A DNA stretch of 64,000 bases from an uncultured Anaerolineaceae bacterium (GCA_964575425.1 CAZNRD010000006.1:20293-84292); one strand, 5' to 3'. Shown: positions 1 through 12,628, counted from the stretch's first letter. Made by a program: numbers and translations. The notes: a model not told the origin generated them from the letters alone.

Positions 1-1
1 C

Positions 2-214
2 CTGGTGCCACGTGATGAGGCGGGCCGCTATCTCGGCGTCTCCAATCTGGCGGGTGCCGGAGCCGGGATGATCGGCAAGGGCATCGGTGGCCCGGTTGCC
101 GATGCTCTCAACCATTACGCGCCAGGATTGGGATACTTCGGCATCTTCGCCAGTTATGCCCTGCTTTTTGCGATGAGCACAGTGAGTCTGATTGCAGTCC
201 GGGAGTCCAGGTAG
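2..214 (+). CDS. MFS-type transporter, C-terminal fragment (gene starts upstream of window)
   Basis: The frame is open from the window edge. The glycine-rich hydrophobic tail (LAGAGAGMIGKGIGGPVADAL...FGIFASYALLF) resembles the last MFS helices. Stop TAG at 212-214. Confidence 0.45.
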   Translation: MVPRDEAGRYLGVSNLAGAGAGMIGKGIGGPVADALNHYAPGLGYFGIFASYALLFAMSTVSLIAVRESR

Positions 215-1071
215 TGAGCCCGGTCCTCTTGCTGCTCGTTCCGATCGGCCTGGTGCTGGCCGTGGGGTTGAGCCTCTCCTTCCATTTGACCCGCCGCCAC
301 CATCTTGCCGCGGTCCACAACCCGGCGGAATACGGCCTCCATTCAGAGGATGTCTGGTTGACGACAGCGGACGGGCTGAATCTGCGCGGTTGGTGGATCC
401 CAGCCCGCGGCTCCGATCGGGCGGTGGTGATCCTGCACGGCCACGGCGGAAGCATGGACTTCGACGCCCACCGCGCCCCTGCGTTTCACCGGGCCGGGCT
501 AGGGGTGTTGTTGATGGACTTCCGCGCCCACGGCCGCAGCCCAGGAAGGCTGGCGACGTTCGGCTACCTGGAGCGGTGGGATGTGCTTGCGGGAGTGGAG
601 TATCTCAAAGGTCGCGGGATGCGTCGGATCGGGCTGTTGGGCTTTTCCTACGGCGGAATGGCCGCCATGCTGGCTGCGCCGCTGAGCCCCGACATCCATG
701 CCGTAGTCAGCGATGGGGGCCCAGCCCGGCTGCGGACAGCGATTACGGGCCGGGGCATGGAACTACATCTCCCCCGCTGGCTGGCCGCCTTCCTGGCCTG
801 GCTGACAATCGTCATCACTTCGGTCCGCCTGGGCGTGAATCTCTCACAGTACGAAACAGTCCGTTGGGTAGGCAGGATTGCCCCGCGCCCCATCCTGCTC
901 ATCCACGGTGAGCTGGATCCATACTGCTGCGACTTTGACGACTTGGTGAGCGCAGCAGGTGAACCGAAGGAGGTCTGGCGCCTCCCCGGCGTCGGACACA
1001 CCAAGCCCTGCGAGGCCTCTCCCGAAGAGTATGTCCGCAGGGTGACCGCGTTCTGTGAGCGGTGGCTGTGA
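214..1071 (+). CDS. membrane-anchored alpha/beta-fold hydrolase
   Basis: N-terminal TM helix, oxyanion HGHGGS, nucleophile elbow GFSYGG, and C-terminal GVGHT histidine. The GTG start overlaps the upstream stop by 1 nt. Confidence 0.75.
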   Translation: MSPVLLLLVPIGLVLAVGLSLSFHLTRRHHLAAVHNPAEYGLHSEDVWLTTADGLNLRGWWIPARGSDRAVVILHGHGGSMDFDAHRAPAFHRAGLGVLLMDFRAHGRSPGRLATFGYLERWDVLAGVEYLKGRGMRRIGLLGFSYGGMAAMLAAPLSPDIHAVVSDGGPARLRTAITGRGMELHLPRWLAAFLAWLTIVITSVRLGVNLSQYETVRWVGRIAPRPILLIHGELDPYCCDFDDLVSAAGEPKEVWRLPGVGHTKPCEASPEEYVRRVTAFCERWL

Positions 1072-1077
1072 ACGAAG

Positions 1078-2154
1078 ATGCTGCGACTGCGCTTCCCTGA
1101 GCAGGGCTGGCAACAGGTTGAGCGCGCCTGGTCGGCCTGGTGGGCGGGGGAGTTGGAACGTCCGCTGGTGGTGCTGGAGTGCGTGGAGCCGGAGCACCAG
1201 CGCGAGCCCCACTATTCCAGCACCTTCCTGGGGAACTACCCGTTGGCCATGCCTGCCGAGGAGCTGCTGAGCGTTTTTATCCCCCGCCTGCAAGCCACCC
1301 ACTATCTGGGCGACTCCTTCCCGCGCTTCTGGCCCAACTTCGGTCCGGGCATTGTCGCGGCCTTCGCCGGGGCGCAGGTCCGGCCCGCAGCAGACACCAC
1401 CTGGTTCTACCCGCTGCCGGTCGATTCCATCGCTGACCTGCGCGTGGTCATGGACTGGGAGAACGCGTGGTGGCAGCGTGTGGAGGAAGTCACCCGGGCT
1501 GCTGTTGCATGCTGGGGCGGTCAACTGGTGGTGGGGTTCACCGACCTTGGCGGAAACCTGGACGTGTTGACCCACCTGCGTGGTGCGCTGCAGTTGATGG
1601 AGGATGTGGTCAAAGCGCCGCAAGAGGTGGATCGCCTGGTGCGCGAGACGACAGAGGTCTGGCTGGCGTGCTACGACCGCCTTTTCGAGTTGGTGGCGCC
1701 GGCCGGGCGCGGCCTCACCTGCTGGAGCCCCTGCTGGTGGCCGACGCGGGGATACATGCTGCAGAGCGACATGTCATTCAACATCTCCCCCGAGATGTTC
1801 GAGCGCTTTGCTCTCCCCGACCTCGAGGCCTGCTGCGCAGTCATGGACTGGGCGTTCTACCACCTGGATGGGGTGGGGCAGCTCCGCCACGTAGACAGAC
1901 TCCTCTCACTGCCCCGACTGCGCGGCACCCAGTGGGTGCCCGGCTACGGCAAGCCTGGACCCGAGCACTGGCTCCCGCTCCTCAAGCGCATCCGCGACGC
2001 CGGAAAACTCTGCCAGGTGACCGTGTCGCCGCAGGGGGCATTGACCATCCTTCGCGAAATGGACTGCAGGGGATTCTGCTTCGTGATCGACGAACCGCCG
2101 CTCACCCCCGCTGAGGGCGCCGCATTCCTGCAGCAGCTGGAGCAGCCCCGGTAA
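1078..2154 (+). CDS. hypothetical protein, possibly URO-D/MtaA-like fold
   Basis: 358-aa ORF with GC-rich third positions. The segment SDMSFNISPEMFERFALP recalls uroporphyrinogen-decarboxylase-like methyltransferases. The family assignment is weak. Confidence 0.5.
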   Translation: MLRLRFPEQGWQQVERAWSAWWAGELERPLVVLECVEPEHQREPHYSSTFLGNYPLAMPAEELLSVFIPRLQATHYLGDSFPRFWPNFGPGIVAAFAGAQVRPAADTTWFYPLPVDSIADLRVVMDWENAWWQRVEEVTRAAVACWGGQLVVGFTDLGGNLDVLTHLRGALQLMEDVVKAPQEVDRLVRETTEVWLACYDRLFELVAPAGRGLTCWSPCWWPTRGYMLQSDMSFNISPEMFERFALPDLEACCAVMDWAFYHLDGVGQLRHVDRLLSLPRLRGTQWVPGYGKPGPEHWLPLLKRIRDAGKLCQVTVSPQGALTILREMDCRGFCFVIDEPPLTPAEGAAFLQQLEQPR

Positions 2155-2158
2155 GGAC

Positions 2159-4801
2159 ATGTTTCGCCTCGCCCTCTGGCTCTTGGCCTCCGACTTCGTC
2201 CCGCCGGTGTACTTCCGCCTGATTGTCCGCCTTGCCGTGGCATACCTGAGACGCCGCCAGGCACGAGAAGCCCGCCGGCAGGTTGTCGCGCCGCCGCCCC
2301 AGCCGGCACCGGCTGGGGCCCTGTACTTGGTGGATGGCTACCACGGCGGGGTGGTCTTCTGGGATTGGTTGGTTCTGCCTGAGGGAGGTCTCTGGTACGT
2401 CTTCAACTGGCCTCTGTGTGTGCAGCCGGCCGTCGAACGGGCCTTGCAGCATGACCGCTTGCGGGTGGTGCTCGACCTGGATGGCCACACCTATGAGGAC
2501 ATGGCCCGCAAGGCTCCGCAGGCGATCCGGCAGCTGAGAGAGGCAGTGAGGCTGGGCCGGCTGGAGATCGTGAACGGCACGTATGCCCAGCCTCTGGCCC
2601 AATCCACCAGCGGGGAATCGTTCGTACGTCAGCTCTTCTATGGCCTGGAGACCGTGCGTCGGGTGCTGGGAAGCCAGGTGACATGCTTCTACTCCCAGGA
2701 GCCGGCGTATTTTCCCCAGCTTCCCCAAGTCCTGCGCGAATTCGGCTTTCGGGGGGTCGTCTTCCGCAGCCAGTGGGCGGCCTTCGGCACCGACCCGGCT
2801 CACGACGCCCCGGTGGTGCGCTGGCAAGGGCCCGATGGGAGTGTGATCCCCGCCATCCCCCGCTATGCATTCCAGCAGTACGACCGTCTGCGGGCGGAGC
2901 ACCCGGGCTTGCCCTCCATGGCCATGGCCGCAGGAGATCGGGCGGATTGGGAACTGGCCAGTCTGGCAGCCTTTGAGTGCTCGGCCCGCGAAAGAGGGAT
3001 TCCTGATCCCCTGGTCACTGACCTGAAGGATCCAAATCTGCCCGACGCACCGCTGCCCCAGGCGTCGGCCATAGCCGCCATGGAGAACGTCCGGTTTGTG
3101 ACCCCAACGGAATACTTCCGCCGGGCAGGGGAGCAGGGCCCATTGGTGCAGTACAGCCTGGACGACATTCCCAGCACCCTGCCATGGGGTCTGCAGGGGG
3201 AAATGATGGTCCGCGCCCGAGTCGACGCTGAGGATGCCCTGCTGGTAGCCGAGCGGCTGGACGCGGTCGCTTTTCGCCTGGGCCGAAGAAGTGAAGAAAG
3301 CAGCCTGGAGGAGGGCTGGAAGAGCCTGTGCCTGTCGCAGCACCACGACTTGCACGTCTGCGGTCCCTGGCACTCTCGACGACACGGCTGCTCCATGGCC
3401 GACGTGGCGATCGAATACGCCGCGCGGTCCCGGCAGAAGGCGGAGGAGGTGCGTGAGGTTGTGGCTGCCTGGTTGACCGAGCGCGCGAGCGGTGATGTCC
3501 TGGTGTTCAACCCCTCGCCCTGGCCCCGACGGGACTATGTCGAGGTGCGGATTGAGAAGCCCGGACTGTCGCCGACGGCCGTGGTCCTCACAGACGGGGA
3601 GGAGGAGATCCCCTGCCAGGTGGTCGCGGCCGGGGATGGCACCTTGACGGTGGGCTTCGTCCTCGAGTTGCCCAGCCTTGGATACCGCTGCCTCCGTTGG
3701 AGCGCCCGACCGTCGGTCCCTGAGACAGGGCTTTCTCGCAACCAATGGCACAAGGCGGAGGTCCACCCCGACGGCAGCCTGAGTGTCGAGGTCAATGGGC
3801 GGCCTGGGGTAACAGCCGGAGGCGAGCTGACAGTCTGGCGGGATGGGGCGTGGCACAGCTCTCGTCAGGCCATTCGGCGGGTGGAGCTGGTGGAGGACGG
3901 CCCGGTCTACCGTCGATACCAGGTGGAAGGCAAGGTCGCCGGCGTGCCGTTCTCTCAGACATTTACCCTGTACCGGCGACTGGCTCGCATCGATGGATGC
4001 GTGACGCTGGATTTTGGGGATGGAACACACCTGGGCCCTCAGATGGAGGATGACCGGCCCGGACGGGCGATGGCCATCCAAGATGAGAAGAAACTGTGCC
4101 TGGCATTCCGTTCATCTCTCAGGCGGACGTGGTGCGACTCGCTGTTTCTGGTGACGGAGACCTCTGGGGATCGGATCGTCGGCCTGCGCTGGGTCGGACT
4201 GGAAGACGGTGAGGGGGCTGGGGTCGCTCTGCTGAACCGGGGAACGCCAGGGTACCACGTGGACCGCCAGGGTGGCCTGCTCCGCAACGTGCTCGCCTGG
4301 GGGCCACGGGAGTGGATCTACGCCAGTGACGATTCTATCCGCCGAGGCCGTTCCCGCTACACGGCGCTGCGAGGCCGCCATCGCTACCATCACGCCGTCT
4401 TCCCATACGCCTCACGGCAGGATGCCCAGAGGGCAGCTATGGATTTTCATCTGCCCTGTCAGAGTTGGTGTCTGCCTCGATCGACGAGTGGGCCACTGGA
4501 GACCCGGTCCTTCCTGAAAGTGGAGCCGGAGACGGTTCTGGTGACGGCCCATTATGTCCACCGCGGCCGCGCGGTCCTCCGGCTGTGGAATCCCTCGCCG
4601 CGGGAGACCCTTGCCACGGTCCGTGTTGGGGATGAGGAAAGAACCGAGGCGGTAGACATGGCGCTGCAAGCAAAGGGCCCTGCGCTGCCCGACGGCCGAA
4701 TACCTTTGCGCCCTTGGGGAGTCCAGACCGTGGTGGTGACCCAGGAAGGATCGGGGGCGAATTCCCCACGAGTTGAGCCCATCATCGGCCGGGCAGCTTG
4801 A
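2159..4801 (+). CDS. glycoside hydrolase family 38-like protein (alpha-mannosidase-like)
   Basis: 880 aa. The N-terminal block is DLDGHTYEDM...EIVNGTYAQP, and the central LSQHHDLHVCG resembles the GH38 QHHDAITGT motif. Confidence 0.6.
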   Translation: MFRLALWLLASDFVPPVYFRLIVRLAVAYLRRRQAREARRQVVAPPPQPAPAGALYLVDGYHGGVVFWDWLVLPEGGLWYVFNWPLCVQPAVERALQHDRLRVVLDLDGHTYEDMARKAPQAIRQLREAVRLGRLEIVNGTYAQPLAQSTSGESFVRQLFYGLETVRRVLGSQVTCFYSQEPAYFPQLPQVLREFGFRGVVFRSQWAAFGTDPAHDAPVVRWQGPDGSVIPAIPRYAFQQYDRLRAEHPGLPSMAMAAGDRADWELASLAAFECSARERGIPDPLVTDLKDPNLPDAPLPQASAIAAMENVRFVTPTEYFRRAGEQGPLVQYSLDDIPSTLPWGLQGEMMVRARVDAEDALLVAERLDAVAFRLGRRSEESSLEEGWKSLCLSQHHDLHVCGPWHSRRHGCSMADVAIEYAARSRQKAEEVREVVAAWLTERASGDVLVFNPSPWPRRDYVEVRIEKPGLSPTAVVLTDGEEEIPCQVVAAGDGTLTVGFVLELPSLGYRCLRWSARPSVPETGLSRNQWHKAEVHPDGSLSVEVNGRPGVTAGGELTVWRDGAWHSSRQAIRRVELVEDGPVYRRYQVEGKVAGVPFSQTFTLYRRLARIDGCVTLDFGDGTHLGPQMEDDRPGRAMAIQDEKKLCLAFRSSLRRTWCDSLFLVTETSGDRIVGLRWVGLEDGEGAGVALLNRGTPGYHVDRQGGLLRNVLAWGPREWIYASDDSIRRGRSRYTALRGRHRYHHAVFPYASRQDAQRAAMDFHLPCQSWCLPRSTSGPLETRSFLKVEPETVLVTAHYVHRGRAVLRLWNPSPRETLATVRVGDEERTEAVDMALQAKGPALPDGRIPLRPWGVQTVVVTQEGSGANSPRVEPIIGRAA

Positions 4802-4966
4802 TCCCAGGTTCGGGGGTGTCGACCTTCTCCGGGATGATTGCCCGTGCGTGGCAGCGCCGTAGCCAGGCAGATGCACCTCGACCGCTTTGTGCATCCGCCA
4901 GCGGCCGGGCCGTGCCGTGCCGCCTGGTTCGAAGTGGTGGCGTCTCTCGCTCCGCGCCGCTTTCGC

Positions 4967-4996
4967 TTGACCGATACTGGACCGGTCTGCTATACT
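4967..4996 (+). promoter_or_regulatory. sigma70-type promoter TTGACC-18 nt-TATACT upstream of the valS leader
   Basis: -35 TTGACC at 4967-4972 and -10 TATACT at 4991-4996, in a 640-nt non-coding gap. Confidence 0.55.
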
Positions 4997-5002
4997 GTCA
5001 CC

Positions 5003-5280
5003 AATCTTCTCTACAGATGCCGGGAGGAGTAGGCGGAAGGGGCTGGTCAGAGACGGAGGGCCGAGGGCTGAGAACCCCCTCCAGCTGCCGCCGCCGAACG
5101 TCGCCCGGAGCAGCGCCGAAGAAACCCGGCCAGGCCGGGGAGTAGACCGGTGCGGGTCTGCCCGTTAGCGCAGGGCCCCGATCGTTGTCGGGGCGGAGAG
5201 AGCGCCGGCCAGTCCGGCGAAGCGAGGTGGTACCGCGGAGCCGCCCTCCGTCCTCGTCGACGGAGGGCGCTTGCTTCTCA
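5003..5280 (+). promoter_or_regulatory. T-box leader RNA (tRNA-responsive riboswitch) with intrinsic terminator, controlling valS
   Basis: Conserved T-box core GAGGTGGTACCGCGG at 5224-5238. Directly after it is the hairpin GCCCTCCGTC/GACGGAGGGC (5243-5268), then a U-rich CGCTTGCTTCT. Upstream AGAGA and AGTA elements are present. The candidate Val specifier GTC lies at 5100-5102. Confidence 0.7.
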
Positions 5281-5445
5281 GGGGAAAACAGGGGAGTGGC
5301 AGGGCGCTGGCCGGCCCCGGGACACGACAGCGGCGGCGAGCGGCTCGCCGGAGGCATGGGCCGCAGGCGAGCCGCGAGACGGACAACGATTGACGATACG
5401 CTGAGAGGGAATCCGCCGAGCCGAGCACCGGAATCGAGGCATCCA

Positions 5446-8127
<2,682 letters not shown>

Positions 8128-8144
8128 GCGGCAGGGCGGAAGAG

Positions 8145-8777
8145 ATGCCTGGCAAAGACTCTCCGGAATGCCGAACGGAACCGCTGACGATGCGGGCCGT
8201 CTTTCCCGGCCTCGCATTCGTGGTTGTCTTGGACGTGGCGACGGTCGCGGGTTGGCTGCCAGAATGGCGGGTTCTTGCCGTCGCCTGGCCATGGGTCCTG
8301 GCGGCGCTGCCGTGGATCACACTGGTCGTCCTGAGGGCGTCCCCCAAAGCGCTGGGATACGCGCGCCGACGAGCGGTGCTCGACTACGGATGGGGCATGG
8401 TGGCCGGAGGTATCTGGCGCGGGCTGAGCCTGGCGCTGAACCTCTCCGCCGCCTCCAGCGCCGATGTGCTGGGATGGCCAGGCACACTCTTGGCGGGATT
8501 GGTCTGGATCCCGCTGGTCGAGGAGACGTTCTTTCGCGGCTATCTGGGTCGGGCGTTGGTCCGGCGCCTGGGTCCGTTCGCCGGCATAGTGGTGCAGGCT
8601 GTCCTGTTCACGCTGACGCCGGTGCATTGGGCCCAAGGGGGCCTGCATCTCATCAGTATCTTTGGATTTGGGCTGGTGGCGGGGTGGCTGACGGAGGCGC
8701 GCCGAACGCTGTGGTCGGCCTGGGGCGCCCATGGCTTCGCCAACGTGCTGCCCTGGCTGTTGCTGCGGATGATCTGA
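8145..8777 (+). CDS. CPBP family intramembrane metalloprotease (CAAX protease-like)
   Basis: Polytopic protein with motif 1 EETFFRGY, a later FTLTPVHW, and HGFAN. Confidence 0.75.
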   Translation: MPGKDSPECRTEPLTMRAVFPGLAFVVVLDVATVAGWLPEWRVLAVAWPWVLAALPWITLVVLRASPKALGYARRRAVLDYGWGMVAGGIWRGLSLALNLSAASSADVLGWPGTLLAGLVWIPLVEETFFRGYLGRALVRRLGPFAGIVVQAVLFTLTPVHWAQGGLHLISIFGFGLVAGWLTEARRTLWSAWGAHGFANVLPWLLLRMI

Positions 8778-8821
8778 AAGCCCAACGGCCCGTGTGATAT
8801 ACTCGCCCCTTCGGAGGACGG

Positions 8822-10297
8822 ATGCGAGCACGCGGCGGCATCGACTGGCTGCGCTGGATTTCGATCGGGCTGCTGCTCCTTGCCCTGATTCTGCTCTTCC
8901 TGGAGCTGCTTGCCTACAGTCGTTCGCGTGCCAAGCTCCCGCAGCGGCTGGCGATTGCCGGGGTTCCCGTGGGTGGGCTGACCAAAGAGGAGGCGTTGGA
9001 GCGGTTGCTTCAGGTGTACAGCCTGCCGGTCGAAACGCACTATGAGGACCAGATCATCCTTCTGAATCCGGCAGCGATTGGTTTCCGCCTCGACACCGAG
9101 GGCATGATGGCGGCCGCCGAACTCGCGCGCAGCGGGTCAGGCTTCTGGTCCGGATTCTGGGATTTCCTGTGGAATCGGCCCGCCGGGCCGGAGGAGAGCA
9201 TCCCGCTGCGCGCCGAGCTGTCGCGCAACCAGCTACAGGCGGTGTTGGCCGACGTCGCCGCCCGCTACGATCAACCGCCCGTCCCAGCTCAGCCCGTCCC
9301 GGGCAGCCCGAAGTTTACGGCCGGCTCACCGGGCAAAGTGCTCGATCTCGCCCGCGCCGTCGAACTGGTGGAGGCAGCCCTGAACGCTTCCAGCAACCGA
9401 CGCATCCGTCTTCCGGTCCTTGCCACGGGCACCCCTCGCCCCACGCTCGAAACGCTGGAAACGCTGCTCAAGCAGAACATCAACGTCGCCGGCTTCACCG
9501 GCCTGACCGCCGTCTACATGATGGACCTGCGCACCGGCGACGAACTGCGTATGGCCTACCTGAACGGTCACGACATCCCCCTCGACCCGGACATCTCTTT
9601 CAGCGCTGACTCACTCATCAAGATCCCGATCCTGGTCACGTTCTACCGTCAGTTCGACGAGCCTTTCGACGCCGAGGCCGAGCGCTGGGTGGCGGAGATG
9701 ATTCGAAAATCCGGCAACGACCCGGCCGACTGGTTGATGGATCGACTTGCTGCGCAGCGCGGTCCGCTGGTTGTCACCGAGACGATGCGGCAGCTAGGCT
9801 TCCAGAACACCTTCATGATCGGCTACTTCCGCCCTCCATTTCAGCCGCTGACCTCGTTTCAGTGGACGCCGGGCAATACGCGCTCCGATGTCAACACCGA
9901 TCCCGATCTGCTCAACCAGACATCACCCGCCGAAATCGGACGCCTGCTGGCAGACATCTACCAGTGCGCCGGCGGCGGCGGAACGTTGCTGGCCGTCTTC
10001 CCCGAGCAGATCACGCCTCAGGAATGCCGCCGTATGCTCGACCTGATGGCGCAGAACAAGATCGGGGTGCTCATCGAGGCCGGTGTGCCAGACGGTACGC
10101 GCGTGGCGCACAAGCACGGCTGGGCGACGCCGCTGGACTTCATCGGCGACGCCGCCATCGTCTTCTCGCCGGCCGGCGACTACGTCGTGTGCATCTTTCT
10201 GTGGAGCAAGCCCGACATGATCTGGGACCCGGCCTCGCGTCTGGTGGCAGACCTGTCGATGGCCGTCTACAACTACTTCAACCCGCCGCTGCAGTAG
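8822..10297 (+). CDS. membrane-anchored serine hydrolase, class A beta-lactamase-like domain
   Basis: N-terminal TM helix. The C-terminal half has an SxxK-like SADSLIK and an HKHGW (KTG-like) triad position. Confidence 0.6.
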   Translation: MRARGGIDWLRWISIGLLLLALILLFLELLAYSRSRAKLPQRLAIAGVPVGGLTKEEALERLLQVYSLPVETHYEDQIILLNPAAIGFRLDTEGMMAAAELARSGSGFWSGFWDFLWNRPAGPEESIPLRAELSRNQLQAVLADVAARYDQPPVPAQPVPGSPKFTAGSPGKVLDLARAVELVEAALNASSNRRIRLPVLATGTPRPTLETLETLLKQNINVAGFTGLTAVYMMDLRTGDELRMAYLNGHDIPLDPDISFSADSLIKIPILVTFYRQFDEPFDAEAERWVAEMIRKSGNDPADWLMDRLAAQRGPLVVTETMRQLGFQNTFMIGYFRPPFQPLTSFQWTPGNTRSDVNTDPDLLNQTSPAEIGRLLADIYQCAGGGGTLLAVFPEQITPQECRRMLDLMAQNKIGVLIEAGVPDGTRVAHKHGWATPLDFIGDAAIVFSPAGDYVVCIFLWSKPDMIWDPASRLVADLSMAVYNYFNPPLQ

Positions 10298-10309
10298 GCA
10301 TGCCCCGTC

Positions 10310-11653
10310 TCACCACACCCGCTCGAGCTCGGGATTGTCGCAGGGTTCGCGGCCGACCTTCGCCATATGCACCCACTCGCCGCCGACACGAACGCGCACC
10401 ACATCGGCGGTGAAGTCGGTCACCGTCGGGCCCCAGTTGGCGAAGAGAGACGAGCCTACGCCGTACAGGTCGGCCGGGACGCCGAGCTGCTCGAAGCGTC
10501 GGATCTTTTCCGGATTGAACCCGCCTGAGACGACGATCTTCACGCGGCGGCAGTACTCCTCGGCGCGGGGCTGCCATTCCGGCGGCAGGTTCCAGGCGCG
10601 CCAGCCGCTGTCGAGAGCCTGACGGACGGTGAAGACCAGGCGCGGGTTGACGCCCAGGTCCAGATTGGGATCGCCCAGGGGCGGCACGTTGATGTCGCGG
10701 ATGGAATTGGCGGTGTCGAGGCGCACGCCGTAAAGGATGTACTTGCGCGCCTCCTGCTGGTTGCCGGCATCGAGGCATTGGCGGTAGCGGCGGAACATCG
10801 CCTCCAGTGTGGTGAGCGAATCGCCCACCGAGTCGTTGTTGAAGTCAACGAGGGCGATGCGCGGGATTTCCGGCGGGAGCGTGCTGGCGAAGGTTACCAT
10901 GGCCTCGGCCGTGTCGCCGAAGAAGCAGGCCAGGGCGGCATGGGCGATGGTCCCGCCGCTGGCGCCTCCCCACCAGTCCCCCTGCGCGTCGGTGGAGACA
11001 AAAGGCCCGAGCCTTTCGGCGTAGTCGAGGTTGAAACGCTGCACCGCCATGTTGTAGGCATAGCCGTCAGCTGCCTGGACCTCGTGCAGGTCGAAGCGGG
11101 CGGGGAAGAAGAGGACGGGCTTGCCCCGCGCCGCGATCAGCGTTTCGTAGACATTGGTGGCCACGCGCGAAGCGCGCGTCAGGATGCCGAGGGTGGGGGT
11201 TTCGAGCAGGGCGAAGTCGCGGTAGCGGCCGCGCACGCGCATCACAGGCTGCACGCGCGTCGGGTCGCCGTTGTAGCGCACCAGGGAGCCATCCTGGACG
11301 GCCCACGCTTCGAGCCTGTCCCAGGTCTCGACGAAGCGGCCGTCCTGCCAGTAGCCGGTGCAGTGGCGCAGCATGGCCAGGGCCTTGTCGACGCCCACCA
11401 CGACGGTGGTGCCCGGGCGGCGGGTGAACCACTGCATCTCCACCTCGATGTCGCCTGTGCGCACGCCTTCCGGGCTTACACCGGGCGGGAGGTGGGGATG
11501 CTGCCCGGCATACTCGTAGCCGCGCTGCGAGAGGGCGCCGAGCATGCGGTGAATGTTCTCAAAATACTTGTCCGAGTACCAGCCGCGGCGCATCCTTTCG
11601 ATGTCGAGCTTGAAGACCTCGTTGGTCAGGCGCTTCCTGTCGAAGATGGACAT
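10310..11653 (-). CDS. pncB: nicotinate phosphoribosyltransferase
   Basis: 447 aa with an NAPRTase-family N-terminus (FKLDIERMRRGWYSDKYF). It is adjacent to a nicotinamidase gene. Confidence 0.8.
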   Translation of the reverse strand: MSIFDRKRLTNEVFKLDIERMRRGWYSDKYFENIHRMLGALSQRGYEYAGQHPHLPPGVSPEGVRTGDIEVEMQWFTRRPGTTVVVGVDKALAMLRHCTGYWQDGRFVETWDRLEAWAVQDGSLVRYNGDPTRVQPVMRVRGRYRDFALLETPTLGILTRASRVATNVYETLIAARGKPVLFFPARFDLHEVQAADGYAYNMAVQRFNLDYAERLGPFVSTDAQGDWWGGASGGTIAHAALACFFGDTAEAMVTFASTLPPEIPRIALVDFNNDSVGDSLTTLEAMFRRYRQCLDAGNQQEARKYILYGVRLDTANSIRDINVPPLGDPNLDLGVNPRLVFTVRQALDSGWRAWNLPPEWQPRAEEYCRRVKIVVSGGFNPEKIRRFEQLGVPADLYGVGSSLFANWGPTVTDFTADVVRVRVGGEWVHMAKVGREPCDNPELERVW

Positions 11654-11683
11654 GGGGCCTCGTGTCGCAGACTGTGGGTCGGT

Positions 11684-12378
11684 TCACTCTATAGCGGAGA
11701 CAATCTCGATGCCATTGAGCATCATGCTGTACAGGAAGATCTTGTCCAACAGCGCTGCGTCGTGCGGCACGGCGCCGATCTCGCGCGCCGTCGCGAGGGG
11801 GAGATCGTACGTGTCGACGCAGTTGGCGGGCACAATCACTTGACGCTCTAGCTGCCGGGCGTTGGCGTCGAGGCGCAGGTGCATTGCCATCTGGTAGATG
11901 CACAGGTCCGTGCAGTCGCCGACGACGATGTAACGGTCCACCTGTCGGTGGTCGTCGACCCAGGCCGGCAGCTCCGTGTTCTGGGAGGAGTCGATTGAGT
12001 TCTTCTCAACGATGACCATGTGCTGGAAGAAGGGCAGGGCTTTGAGTTCGGGGATGGTTTCGGCCTCGGGTGAGCCGCGCACGCAGTGTGGCGGGAACGC
12101 TGCGAATTCAACAGCGTTGGGGTCGTGGGTGTCCTGGGTGAGCAGGATGTGGCGGACGCCTGACTGCCAGGCGCGCTGCATCAGGGCCACAATGGGTGGG
12201 ATGAGGGCCTTTTCACCCGGGGACTAGCAAGCGGGCCCTGATGGCAGAAGCCATTGACCATGTCGACCGAGACCAGAGCCAGGCGCTCGGCCGGCGCGGC
12301 AAGGCCCGAAAGCGGAGCTGGCTTCAGCCCGGACATCCATTCGTCCAGGAAAGCCAGGAACTCCAGGTTGCTACTCAT
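11684..12378 (-). pseudogene. pncA: isochorismatase-family nicotinamidase with interrupted reading frame (1-nt shift near 12205-12215)
   Basis: The N-terminal 65 codons (MSSNLEF...VDMVNGFCHQGPLASPRV) and the C-terminal 168 codons (..IPPIVALMQRAW..TQDTHD..VVGDCTDLCI) are in different frames. They join at the run TCCCCGGGTGAAAAGG. RBS GAGGGAG precedes the ATG at 12378. Confidence 0.7.
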
Positions 12379-12628
12379 CTCGACTCCCTCTGATCGCGGT
12401 CCGGATCGAAGTCTAGCCCAACGCTGGGTTGGCCTCAAGGCGAGGCGACAGGTCTGAGGCCGGGGTATCGGCGGCGGTGTGGTCGGGTTATTCGGGTGGG
12501 GCCAGGCGGTTTGCATGGTCATTCCTGAGTATTCGGATGCAGGAAGTTCGTTGGTGGCCCGCCGTGACAGTTTGCACTGGAAGCCGCCAGGTCGTAGCAT
12601 TATGCTGAAGCCGCGAGGAGGCTGGCGC

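Noticed and set aside
2102-4081. A 659-aa minus-strand ORF overlaps the GH38-like gene.
   Set aside because: It is an antisense shadow ORF typical of high-GC DNA. The composition is low-complexity and Arg/Pro/Gly-rich, it has no motifs, and the opposite strand carries a recognisable enzyme.
5185-5445. The 980-aa ORF-track version of valS starts at 5185.
   Set aside because: The extra 87 codons are Arg/Gly-rich with no ValRS similarity. They run straight through the T-box core and terminator. Canonical ValRS N-terminal sequence begins at the ATG at 5446.
12190-12240. Programmed -1 ribosomal frameshifting might operate in pncA.
   Set aside because: The shift site is not a proper X XXY YYZ slippery heptamer in the zero frame, and I see no downstream stimulatory structure. 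An indel at a homopolymer run, whether an error or a mutation, is the simpler explanation.
12479-12628. A longer start would give the OFOR ferredoxin subunit a 133-aa ORF.
   Set aside because: The first 50 codons lack ferredoxin similarity. A strong RBS (GAGGAGG) precedes the ATG at 12629, which gives the usual ~83-aa delta subunit.
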